Shown in pieces: positions 38,401 through 46,543 of a stretch of DNA of 64,000 bases. Origin of the DNA: Candidatus Nomurabacteria bacterium (GTDB lineage Bacteria > Patescibacteriota > Minisyncoccia > Phycocordibacterales > UBA9973). Position numbers and translations under genes: made by a program. Under the pieces are notes generated by a model that saw nothing but the letters and a program-made list of their open reading frames with translations, had not been told where the DNA came from and made no database searches. The DNA lies in contig CP060230.1 in NCBI GenBank assembly GCA_023898605.1, positions 466,444-530,443 on the forward strand. Reading direction: 5' to 3'. Each line of letters opens with the position of its first letter. Within the stretch, counting starts at the first letter, position 1.

Positions 38401-38937
38401 AAGTTTTTTTGAGTCATCTGTATTTCCAAGGTTTACCGGGGATCCTTCTGCTTCAAAATAATTATAAAGAGTTGTTTTGCTTTGTGATACAACTAAAAAT
38501 ATTCCGTTTTTTCTACCCAAAAAACCTCCACCATATCTTGTTTCCCACTTGTCATCTGCCCCACTAACAAACAGCGAATCCCATCCATGATAATCACCGA
38601 AGCCAGTAGGGACTCCTGCTGTTGCATTTACAACCGCACCCGGAGTAGAGTCATTCGAGAAGCCCAAAGAAAATTCAAAAAGTGCTGAACTTGGCTGAAC
38701 ATTTGAAACACTCAAGTTAGTGTTTCTTACTGGGTATATGTTTATAAAATTACTTAATACTTTCCAGTTATCAAATGTCCCATAATCTCCAAGAATACTA
38801 GGATCTCCCCAAAAAACGTCTTCCATTTCCCATGTTGACGCAGAAGCCTTATTCAAAGGAAAAAGCACCAAAATAGAAAAGGTAAAGGCAAAAAGCAGAA
38901 TATTTCTTATTGAAGAATTTCTGAAAATACTTGGCAT
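35455..38937 (-). CDS. giant VirB6/TrbL-like polytopic membrane protein with large N-terminal extracytoplasmic domain and roughly 440-aa charged/coiled-coil C-terminal tail
   Basis: Signal peptide; roughly 390-aa exo-domain; at least 7 TM helices between residues about 390-720; Gly-rich segment; K/E-rich heptad-like tail (KRKKKAKIKEMESHIESRK...). Confidence 0.55.
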   Translation of the reverse strand: MPSIFRNSSIRNILLFAFTFSILVLFPLNKASASTWEMEDVFWGDPSILGDYGTFDNWKVLSNFINIYPVRNTNLSVSNVQPSSALFEFSLGFSNDSTPGAVVNATAGVPTGFGDYHGWDSLFVSGADDKWETRYGGGFLGRKNGIFLVVSQSKTTLYNYFEAEGSPVNLGNTDDSKKLVNSAPGTGDGYIPTTIQTIDCFFENSEELDDCPWTGGTLGELGFAGGGEINFETTPEFVLLSEMGEAGWDNYKNFEIANIPTEDTYEASKNQRVIPISPTFSQLTVGAIDATEITNINSFVFTVPNLEPGKPYYAQLVIVEDAGLSGTDQRVGFGPLKTFVTPAGEAAPLSEDSYIYETSSFEQNDRNIILSGLDCGFGTAALGGKESNFQSCIIITLYYVVYMPSATLLYVVGSFFDAFLSFSISSYIYKDPSFVQEGWRIIKNFANIGFILTLVWAGISTILGGRTNVRKVIVNVIIFGLLINFSLFFTQVVIDAGNVLAKIFYNQISITGDPINTVTSTDSIGQTKSLSAGVVQGTKIQTIFSRETVSALRQGDFGGASTWAVPAIIIIFGIILNITLIFIFIKVAMVFLGRIVGLWVMMIASPFAFLSKALDQGSIASGEFGMKKWSYSLVRLTFLAPLFLFFLYLIILFINSDFIGGLVKSENLNFYELMLSIALQFLIVIALLKQARDITIDMSGKFGKQVVETGTKLVGTALGVAGGVALGATAFGLRATAGRIAATAGESETAKKWANSKNFFTRQIGTGITKTGKAAKESSFDLRQTGLGGKLQSSLGKNLGAGVNFDQKGIGFGSNAGKGGLAAIEKRKKKAKIKEMESHIESRKMSKDWFEEELTDKDGNKKKRGVLYQEKKLEKYNKDKQRFIEDQIIKLAREKGQNIDTKTVRDPLALASLAKRINFEEKDAVEKFEKQRGKTVSVKDNVDDLNKDLRNQYLDRRKSTDGWKKTGNMLLRNPQGVGGQSLDRRAEVAAAKAVGEKYDKKESSKGAKDKLKEKRDRLQEKVGKVEETLKKLLDVTTKEGEKMAELVRLEGERKGRELNEAEKRSYILNVEKQNKKADMDLKRDMVKLLRAKHNATNDTAEKDRINGEIRDLYREIGEHEVEAKTIEDYEKNKNDLAEVDTKLNREEGGGSNPSSGETKK

Positions 38938-39007
38938 AATATATAGATAAATTATACCTCATTTATATGAAATTACTCTATTTTTTTCCTAAATATCAAC
39001 AGAGTTT

Positions 39008-42000
39008 CTAGTATCCGTAATCTGGATTTTCGTAAGAGTTAATCCAGGGATTTATAAGAACTGGTCCCCAATAATTTTCATCTCCAAGCTGTGCCCCAAG
39101 TTTTGCCCCATACGCACGTGCCTCAAAGCTCAGGTGGTATTGCCATATGTTTTGAGCAATATCGTTTATACCACCATCTATTACTATAGGTTCTGATCCA
39201 GATGTTGGGTCATATATTTGATAGAAGCCCCAAGGATTGTAAGGAGGGTTTCTAAATGGATAGTATATAGAGTATGGATTTGCAGATACGTCTAGTGGGT
39301 ATAGTGATTTTGTATCGTATAGATATATTCTCCAAATATTATTTTTTACATTATCTATAGTATTTCCCACGCCTTTTGATTGAAGGTTTGCATAAGAACA
39401 TATACTACTTGCAGAAGACCCATCTGGCATAACTGTTGTTCTCATATTTATTCCGTCTGGATAGCATTGTCTTACAACTTGGTATAGCGAATCATATACC
39501 CAGCTATCGCTGGCTATGCTTATAGAATAATCTGTATCCATATAATTTCTAAGAAGGTGACTTTTTACATCTCCTGCTATCGCGCCTATGTCTGGATTTT
39601 CTATATAGTTCACGCACCCCCAATTTCCCCAACCACAAGTTTTTATTTCACTTTCTATTTTTGGAATTATATCGCCAGTAGATTCTAGGTCTACTTGAGC
39701 ATAAGAAAGATCTGTCTTGAGTGAAGTTATAACGTCGTCTGTTACCAGAAACGGCTGAGCAAATGAATATATGTACTGTAGTCTTTCTAGTGCAGTCTGA
39801 TTCTCGGCAGTGTTTTGTTGTGCGTAAGGTATTTTGTCTAATTCATCGGCTATGTACTGGAGTCTATACAAGTTTGAAACTTGTTCGATGTATTTTGATC
39901 TGTATTCTTCTAGAAGATCTTTATAAGCAGGTATTTTTTGAGTTTGGGCTCTTCCAAGAGATGCACTTGGTAGGTTGAAGTTGTCTATATCGTATTGGAT
40001 ACGAGACATCTCGTTTTGGTATACAAGATCTATGCTATTCAAAAGGTTTCTTCTTTTTTCCTCTATATTACACTCCCAACAGAATCCGAGTGCGTGTGAT
40101 ATTCCTGCGACAACTCCAGAAAGAGGTAGTGCATAAAGTGCATTTACTATATCAAGGACTGTTTCATCTGCTGTCATGATTTCTTCTCTTTGTGTTAGGT
40201 ATTGATCAGTCACCCTCGCTTGCCAACCTTGGTCTGGTTCCGGCATAACTTTGTCTAGTTGTTGGAGTTTTGGTAGTAGAACTAACTGTATATAGTCTAT
40301 GTTTTGCTTCAAGATTTCTATATACTCTTCTGTTACAGCAATGTCAGTTCTACAAGGAGCATCGCTTGAGAAATCTATTGTCCCAGAAAGTGATCCTCTT
40401 GGTCCAAATAGTTCTGTTGTTAGTGCTCCTGCCCCTCCAAAAATTATTCCACCACCTTCTATCCCTATACCATCGTCAAATATTCCTCCTCCAACATCTA
40501 CTCCTCCGCCGACTCCGTCAAGGCCAGATTCGATAACATCTCCTGTGTCGGGATCAGCTATCCCGCCAGCGAGTATATCATCTAGGCTTATAGTTGTTAT
40601 GTCTCCGGTTCCTATTACACCACCGCCAAAGAGGTTTCTTCCACCAATGTCTGCCCCAGATATTATATTTCCATACTTTACACACTGAAGTTTATAGTAT
40701 AGGTCTACGGGGGAGAATGGGTCTTGATACCAAGTGCTTCCCTCACCGTTTAGGTAGTATGAAGTGTTTACACCATAACCACCTGTCTGGTCTGTTGTAA
40801 CAGACGCAGTTGTAAGAGATGTGACACCTTGGTATATAAGTTGTTGCATAAGCGCATCGAAAATAGCCCCCAGAGATTCGTTTAGTTCGTCTGCGAGTTC
40901 TAGTTGTTTTACAGATGATCCAAGAGATATGTTTAGTTGATCTGCGAGTACACCTCCTGGTGTTGTTGTTTCGTATCTCGTACAGTTGTCAACCTCTCCC
41001 GCCCAAGCATATTCGTAGTTTCCATCAAGCAAGTTTGAACCTCCTCCGCCCAGTAGCGGGTTACTGCTAACAGCTAGTCCTTCAGGGAGGCCCTCGGCTG
41101 TGTTTGTTGTTTCGGCGGTATTTCCACTTACAGCCGTTGTATAGGTTACACCTCCAACCGTTTGTTTGTACTCAACACATTTTCTCAAGTTTAGAAAACC
41201 ATTATTTTGTAGAAGCTCATCTTTTATACTACTTTGTTTTTGTTCTATTCTCTTATTTATTTCTTGAGAAGCTAGAAAGTTAAATCCGATAGGAGAGTTT
41301 GCTGGGTTTTGTGTCATGGCAAGCCAGCCGTTCCACCCGCCAACAGAGAAGTCTGTAGCAAAGTCTTCCCAGTTTTCTCCTATATCGTCTGCAAGTGTAA
41401 ATACTGCGGTGCTTTCGAAATCTTGACCATCATATATTGCCGCCAAACTCGCACCAATTTCTGCGCCGAACGGATACTTCACAGGGTCATTGAGTTCTGA
41501 AACGAATGCATAAACCTCTTGATCAGCAAGAGTTTTCAAGAAAGATATAGGTTCGCTTAGAAAAAGAGGGTTTCCCTCGAAACCTGTGTTTATCCAGTTT
41601 ACCGTATCTCTTGTTATGGCTGCCAAGACGCTTTTCGCAGCAGCATAACCTATGGCGTCAAGACACTTTTCTTTTTGTGTGTATTCCCTACTTATTTTAA
41701 TTGATTCAGCATCCTTAACAGGAACAAACTGAAGTGATGCATTTGTTGTACCAACTGCCTTGTCAAAAATATTATTTAATGCACCACTTATTTTACTATC
41801 TGTCCCAGTGCAGCCAAGTAGTGCTAAACCGACACCGGAAGCTATTGGGGAGTTTTGATCATAATATAAACTACCTTGATTAGATGAAGGCTGGTTATAC
41901 TGTGCCCTTGCAACAGAAACCGGACCCAAAATGTATGCAAAAACAAAAGATAGATTCAAAAAAATAGAAACAAATAATTTTATGTTTTTATTGAGTTTTT

Positions 42001-42019
42001 TTGATTTTGGGGTAGGCAT
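39008..42019 (-). CDS. large (1003 aa) secreted/membrane-anchored protein of unknown function with Gly/Asp-rich segment
   Basis: N-terminal TM/signal (FVSIFLNLSFVFAYILGPVSVARA); GGIADPDTGDVIESGLDGVGGGVDVGGGIFDDGIGIEGGG segment; many Trp/Tyr; 9-bp gap to the upstream gene. Confidence 0.45.
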   Translation of the reverse strand: MPTPKSKKLNKNIKLFVSIFLNLSFVFAYILGPVSVARAQYNQPSSNQGSLYYDQNSPIASGVGLALLGCTGTDSKISGALNNIFDKAVGTTNASLQFVPVKDAESIKISREYTQKEKCLDAIGYAAAKSVLAAITRDTVNWINTGFEGNPLFLSEPISFLKTLADQEVYAFVSELNDPVKYPFGAEIGASLAAIYDGQDFESTAVFTLADDIGENWEDFATDFSVGGWNGWLAMTQNPANSPIGFNFLASQEINKRIEQKQSSIKDELLQNNGFLNLRKCVEYKQTVGGVTYTTAVSGNTAETTNTAEGLPEGLAVSSNPLLGGGGSNLLDGNYEYAWAGEVDNCTRYETTTPGGVLADQLNISLGSSVKQLELADELNESLGAIFDALMQQLIYQGVTSLTTASVTTDQTGGYGVNTSYYLNGEGSTWYQDPFSPVDLYYKLQCVKYGNIISGADIGGRNLFGGGVIGTGDITTISLDDILAGGIADPDTGDVIESGLDGVGGGVDVGGGIFDDGIGIEGGGIIFGGAGALTTELFGPRGSLSGTIDFSSDAPCRTDIAVTEEYIEILKQNIDYIQLVLLPKLQQLDKVMPEPDQGWQARVTDQYLTQREEIMTADETVLDIVNALYALPLSGVVAGISHALGFCWECNIEEKRRNLLNSIDLVYQNEMSRIQYDIDNFNLPSASLGRAQTQKIPAYKDLLEEYRSKYIEQVSNLYRLQYIADELDKIPYAQQNTAENQTALERLQYIYSFAQPFLVTDDVITSLKTDLSYAQVDLESTGDIIPKIESEIKTCGWGNWGCVNYIENPDIGAIAGDVKSHLLRNYMDTDYSISIASDSWVYDSLYQVVRQCYPDGINMRTTVMPDGSSASSICSYANLQSKGVGNTIDNVKNNIWRIYLYDTKSLYPLDVSANPYSIYYPFRNPPYNPWGFYQIYDPTSGSEPIVIDGGINDIAQNIWQYHLSFEARAYGAKLGAQLGDENYWGPVLINPWINSYENPDYGY

Positions 42020-42028
42020 TTTTTATCA

Positions 42029-42976
42029 CTAAATTATACCATAAGAAGAAAAGTAGCTTGTAATTTTATCAAGGGCACTTTCCCCAGATTCTTGTGAGGC
42101 CCTGTATGTTGCAAGACCTCTTGTTCCGAGAACTGGGTCTATCCAAAGGTTTAGTAGATCTATAAGGCCACGCTTGCTTCCAGAAATTGCGTTTAAGAAA
42201 GCTAAATGATATTCGCTTGCCGTTCTAGGCACGTTTATTTTCTTTAGCTCTTCTTCTACGTGTGTGTAAGACTCTATTGCCCCCTGTATCCCAATAAGAG
42301 ATGCTTTATCTCCACCATCTATTCCCACAAAGTTTCCCAAGTATGAAACTTCATCTCCTAGAAGTAGCGCTTGATCACTCGCATATATTGCAGCTAGTTT
42401 GTTGTAGTAGCTCAAAACCTCTGCCTCAGAACTACCTACAATATTTATATCGTCTAAACTATAAGTTGCAGCGTATGTTGTTTCGAAAAATGATTCGCTC
42501 ATAGTCAGGGCGAGATTATTTACAGCTTCACTCGTTAGAACGCCCGCTTCTTGTAGGGAAATAAGTGTTGCAAAGTATTCTCTGGCAAAGATTTCTGTTT
42601 GTGTGTCTGCTGTGTCAGCCGAAGCGCCTGTTTTTTCTCGAAGTTCTGCCCTTTTTTGTTCTATATATACGCCATCTGTTTGTCCGTCTCCATCTGTATC
42701 TTTGCTATCTGGGTTTGTGCCCCATAAGTATTCCTCCCAGTCTTGTACACCATCCCCATCTGTATCTACATATGCAAGGTCACTAACCAAAACTTGTTTT
42801 AAGTCTCTTTTGGCTATTTTTTTCTTTATATCATTTTCGGTCGGTTTTTTGAGAAGTTCTTTGCCCACAAAAAACAAAACTATACATCCACAAACAATAC
42901 TCACTTTTATAAGTAGTTTTTTACTGGGCATGTATGGTGCAACACTTTTTATTTTTTGTTTTATTTTTTTGAACAT
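42029..42976 (-). CDS. membrane-anchored protein with thrombospondin-type-3-like calcium-binding repeats (DTDGDG)
   Basis: N-terminal TM; DTDGDGVQDWEE...DTDGDGQTDG and DGDGVQDWEEYLWGTNPD motifs; 315 aa. Confidence 0.45.
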   Translation of the reverse strand: MFKKIKQKIKSVAPYMPSKKLLIKVSIVCGCIVLFFVGKELLKKPTENDIKKKIAKRDLKQVLVSDLAYVDTDGDGVQDWEEYLWGTNPDSKDTDGDGQTDGVYIEQKRAELREKTGASADTADTQTEIFAREYFATLISLQEAGVLTSEAVNNLALTMSESFFETTYAATYSLDDINIVGSSEAEVLSYYNKLAAIYASDQALLLGDEVSYLGNFVGIDGGDKASLIGIQGAIESYTHVEEELKKINVPRTASEYHLAFLNAISGSKRGLIDLLNLWIDPVLGTRGLATYRASQESGESALDKITSYFSSYGII

Positions 42977-42977
42977 T

Positions 42978-43358
42978 TTATTTTGGGAGTGAAGATCCGG
43001 ATGAGCCTATTAGGCTTATTGGGAATGTTAGATACGGAGTCGCCGTTTCTACCTGTATACACCCTGGCGCCGTACTAAGAGTTCTTCTGTATAGACCCAA
43101 AACATAAGATCCAGTCCTTATGCTTTGAAGCCCGCCTGTTCCTGGGATTATTCCATAAGGAGTTGACGGCATTGTTATAGATGCAGGAGCTATTGTTAGT
43201 GGGCTTGTTAGATTAGGGCATTCGACAACCCCTGACATGCCAGTCATAAGAACTTTTCCACCAAATCCAACCGGTTGAAGAAAGGCATTTGTACTATAGA
43301 CGAGACCAAACATTAAAAACAAGCTGAAAATAGCTAGAAATATTTTTACTTTTTTCAT
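42978..43358 (-). CDS. small secreted protein (signal peptide), Gly/Pro/Thr-rich; first gene of the module
   Basis: MKKVKIFLAIFSLFLMFGLVYSTNAF signal peptide; 126 aa; 1-bp gap to the next gene. Confidence 0.4.
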   Translation of the reverse strand: MKKVKIFLAIFSLFLMFGLVYSTNAFLQPVGFGGKVLMTGMSGVVECPNLTSPLTIAPASITMPSTPYGIIPGTGGLQSIRTGSYVLGLYRRTLSTAPGCIQVETATPYLTFPISLIGSSGSSLPK

Positions 43359-43377
43359 GTTTATATGATAGCACGAT

Positions 43378-44181
43378 TTACCTTCGTGCTCTCGAGATAG
43401 AAATCCACTTATCTAGATTTATCTCTTCTGGTCTATGGTTTTCTTCTAGGCCCAGCTTGTCCCAAATCTCCTTTAGATTTTCTTCGTCGTAAAGATCCTC
43501 AATGTTTTTTATAGCCTTTTTTCTTTTGTGTAGAAATGCAGTTTTTATGAGCTCAAAAAACCCCTCTTCTTCTTTGTGGTTTTTGAAATTTTTCTTGCTT
43601 ATGTTTTTTATAGAAATAATTGCCGATTCTACCTTTGGCACAGGTCTAAATGCTTCTTTTGGAACTTTTGTTATATATTCTGGTGTTCCATATACCCAAA
43701 CAGAAAGAGCTAGTATGCTTTCGCCCTCTTCTCTTTTTACTATTCTTTTTGCAACCTCGTTTTGAACCAGAAGAGACATTGTTTGTGGTTGAAAATCAGA
43801 AGACAAAAATTTTCGTATTATAAGGCCCGTTATATAGTACGGAATGTTTGCTACTACTTTATAAGATTTTGCTAGTTTTTTTATTTTTGATATATCGAAA
43901 TCTGCGACATCCTCGCTTACAAGATGAAGCTTCCCGTCCGCTATTTCTTTTTTGAACTTTTCTTTTAGATGTAGAACGATAGCATCATCTTTTTCTATTG
44001 CCAGAACCTTGAATCCTCTAGCCAAGACTTCTTCTGTTATGGCTCCATAACCCGGTCCGATTTCTAGAACCAAGTCCCCAGTCTTTAGATCTGCAGAATC
44101 TATGATTTTGGTTACAAATCTTTTTTGTTTCAAAAAGTTTTGCCCTAATGATTTTTTTGGTCTTGGCATAATGTTAGTCAA
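43378..44181 (-). CDS. rsmA: 16S rRNA (adenine1518/1519-N6)-dimethyltransferase
   Basis: KSLGQNFL start, SAM motif LEIGPGYGAITE, NIPYYIT motif; 267 aa. Confidence 0.85.
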   Translation of the reverse strand: MTNIMPRPKKSLGQNFLKQKRFVTKIIDSADLKTGDLVLEIGPGYGAITEEVLARGFKVLAIEKDDAIVLHLKEKFKKEIADGKLHLVSEDVADFDISKIKKLAKSYKVVANIPYYITGLIIRKFLSSDFQPQTMSLLVQNEVAKRIVKREEGESILALSVWVYGTPEYITKVPKEAFRPVPKVESAIISIKNISKKNFKNHKEEEGFFELIKTAFLHKRKKAIKNIEDLYDEENLKEIWDKLGLEENHRPEEINLDKWISISRARR

Positions 44182-46081
44182 AGTATATAGATTTTTCGTC
44201 CATATCCAAATAATCTGTTTTTCCTATGTGGAATGTTTTTATAATATCTTTTTCTGGTATATCCATAACAAACCTAGACATATTGTGTATTTCTTTGCTT
44301 CCGAAAACATTTCTGACTGTTGCATAAGTCAGGACAAGCCACTCTCTTGCTCTAGTTACAGCAACATACATAAGTCGCCTCTCTTCTTCTTCGTCTTTGT
44401 CTTCATTTTTTCTATCGTGCGGGAAAAGTCCTTCTTCTAATCCTGTCACAAAAATAACTCTAAACTCTAGACCCTTTGATGCGTGTATTGTCATAAGTTT
44501 TACTGAGTCTACTGTTTCATCCATGTTGTCTTGTTCTCCAGAAAGAAATGCTTCATCTAGAAATGTAAGTAGCCCACCCTCTCTCATGTTGTACTCAGTT
44601 GCAACAGAAACAAGTTCTTCTAGGTTTTCTATTCTAGACAGAGAATCTTCATCCCCTTTGTTTTGATAATCTTCGTATATACCAGAGCGCTCTATTGCAA
44701 ACCTTACTGTTTCTGAAACACTATTTTTTTCTGAAAAATCTTTTATATCAGAAAGTATTTTTTTTAGGCTCGCTATTTTTTCTTTTGTTTTTTCTGTTAT
44801 GCCTGATTCTTCTCCTTCGATTAGTTTCTCTAGAGTTTTTTCTCCTATTCCACGCTTAGGAACATTGGCAATTCTACGTAAGTCTCCGAGAGAGTTTTTG
44901 TCTATAGATGCTCTTATATATGAAAGTATGTCTTTTACTTCTTTTCTAGAAAAAAACTTTGTACCCAAAACTTGATATGGAATCCTTTGTTTCAAAAGCC
45001 CCTCTTCTAGGACTCTAGATTGTGCGTTTGATCTATATAGTACAGCGATATCTTTGGGGCTTATTCCTGACTCAATAAAATCGAAAATCTTTTCTGCAAC
45101 AAAAGCTGCTTCACTTTTTTCGTCATAGCACTCGCATATGATTATCGGATTACCCTTTTTGTTTTGAGAATAAAGTTTCTTTTCTGTTCTTTTTTCATTC
45201 TTTTCTATTATAGCGTTTGCTGCGTCGAGAATATTTTGTGACGAACGATAATTTTCTTCCAGAAGAACAATTTTTGCTTTGGGATAATCTTTTTCAAACC
45301 CCAAAATATTTTCTATCTTTGCACCTCTCCATGTATATATAGTCTGATCACTGTCTCCAACTACACATATATTTTGTTTTTCTCCAACTAAGTGTTTGAT
45401 TATGTCGTATTGGAGCCTGTTTGTGTCTTGGTACTCATCTATATGTATGTACTCAAACATTTTTTGATATTTTTCTTTGATATGCGCTTTTTCTTTCAAA
45501 ACTTTTTCTGTATAGAAAAGGAGGTCGTCGAAGTCGAGCATGTTTTCTGCCTTCATTCTTTCTTGATAAACTCTCCAGATTTCAGAAATAGATTTTTCTC
45601 TATGACTTTCTATTTTGTCTAAATATTCAAAACTTTTTCCATCGCCCTTCCTTCTAGAAATCATAGAAAGAACTTTTTTGGGTTCCAGTTTATCTTCGTC
45701 GAAACCGAGTAGTTTTATTGCACTTTTTATATATTGGAGCGATATGCCCTCGTCAGCAATAGAAAATGTTTTTCTTATACCAATCTCTTCCCCGTCTCTT
45801 CTCAATATATAAAGTGACAGTGCGTGAAATGTTCCTATAAAAGGATGGATATGCATGTCGCCCGCTATTTTTGAAACACGATCTTTCATTTCTCGTGCGG
45901 CCTTGTTGGTAAATGTAACTGCCAGTATCCGGTGAGGTAGGACACCTTCTCTTATGAGATTTGCGATCCTCTCTGTTATGACACGAGTTTTTCCAGAACC
46001 AGCTCCAGCCACAATCAAAAGAGGCCCATCCTTGTGGAGTACGGCCTCTTTTTGTTTTTCGTTTAGCAGGTCTAGACTCAT
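44174..46081 (-). CDS. ATP-dependent DNA helicase UvrD/PcrA family (compact, 635 aa)
   Basis: Motif I AGAGSGKTRV, Ia, II (DEYQDTN), III, IV, V, VI (VAVTRAR) of SF1A helicases; overlaps rsmA by 8 bp. Confidence 0.85.
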   Translation of the reverse strand: MSLDLLNEKQKEAVLHKDGPLLIVAGAGSGKTRVITERIANLIREGVLPHRILAVTFTNKAAREMKDRVSKIAGDMHIHPFIGTFHALSLYILRRDGEEIGIRKTFSIADEGISLQYIKSAIKLLGFDEDKLEPKKVLSMISRRKGDGKSFEYLDKIESHREKSISEIWRVYQERMKAENMLDFDDLLFYTEKVLKEKAHIKEKYQKMFEYIHIDEYQDTNRLQYDIIKHLVGEKQNICVVGDSDQTIYTWRGAKIENILGFEKDYPKAKIVLLEENYRSSQNILDAANAIIEKNEKRTEKKLYSQNKKGNPIIICECYDEKSEAAFVAEKIFDFIESGISPKDIAVLYRSNAQSRVLEEGLLKQRIPYQVLGTKFFSRKEVKDILSYIRASIDKNSLGDLRRIANVPKRGIGEKTLEKLIEGEESGITEKTKEKIASLKKILSDIKDFSEKNSVSETVRFAIERSGIYEDYQNKGDEDSLSRIENLEELVSVATEYNMREGGLLTFLDEAFLSGEQDNMDETVDSVKLMTIHASKGLEFRVIFVTGLEEGLFPHDRKNEDKDEEEERRLMYVAVTRAREWLVLTYATVRNVFGSKEIHNMSRFVMDIPEKDIIKTFHIGKTDYLDMDEKSIYFD

Positions 46082-46543
46082 TACTGGTCTATTTTACTAC
46101 AAATCTTATTCCATTTCTTCTTCTTGTCTTTTCATTTCAGAATTTACCTCTTTGGCAAAACTTCCATCTGGAAGTTTGAAGTCTTCCGGGTTTTCTATTT
46201 TTTCGACATCCGCGTCTTCTGGAGATTGAGCCCCACTTATACTATTTTTTGGTTCGTTTTCTAGCATGTTTTTTGGCGTTAATTTATATATTGTGATTAT
46301 ATAATAAAAAGATACATATTGTCAAATTTATGTTCTAATTTTTGACCTGTTCCTAAACATATTGACCTTATATGCCTTAGTGCTAACATTATATTTGTAC
46401 CGATAGAGAGGCATTTTAGCCCCATATATTCTGTGACGACCGTAACGCGAGTTCGAAAAAACCTTTTAAAACTCGCATAAAATTGGCTTATAACAAAAAA
46501 AGATCAAGATCCTCTGCCCCAAAAATACTCTAAAAAAGGCAAG

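Noticed and set aside
28418-43358. Interpretation of the VirB4/VirB6 cluster as an integrative conjugative element or plasmid segment
   Set aside because: No relaxase, VirD4-like coupling ATPase, integrase, att-like flanking repeats or tRNA insertion site are visible. The cluster is flanked on both sides by core housekeeping operons with tight spacing. The Xer-like recombinase at 55104 is 12 kb away, with rpsO/pnp in between
45954-46229. ORF 45954-46229 (+) and a possible 53-aa acidic ORF on the minus strand at 46106-46267 in the uvrD/LysM-M23 divergent intergenic region
   Set aside because: The plus ORF overlaps the uvrD 5' end antisense. The minus small ORF (MLENEPKNSISGAQSPEDADVEK...) lacks any motif and is too short to assess without comparative data; left unannotated
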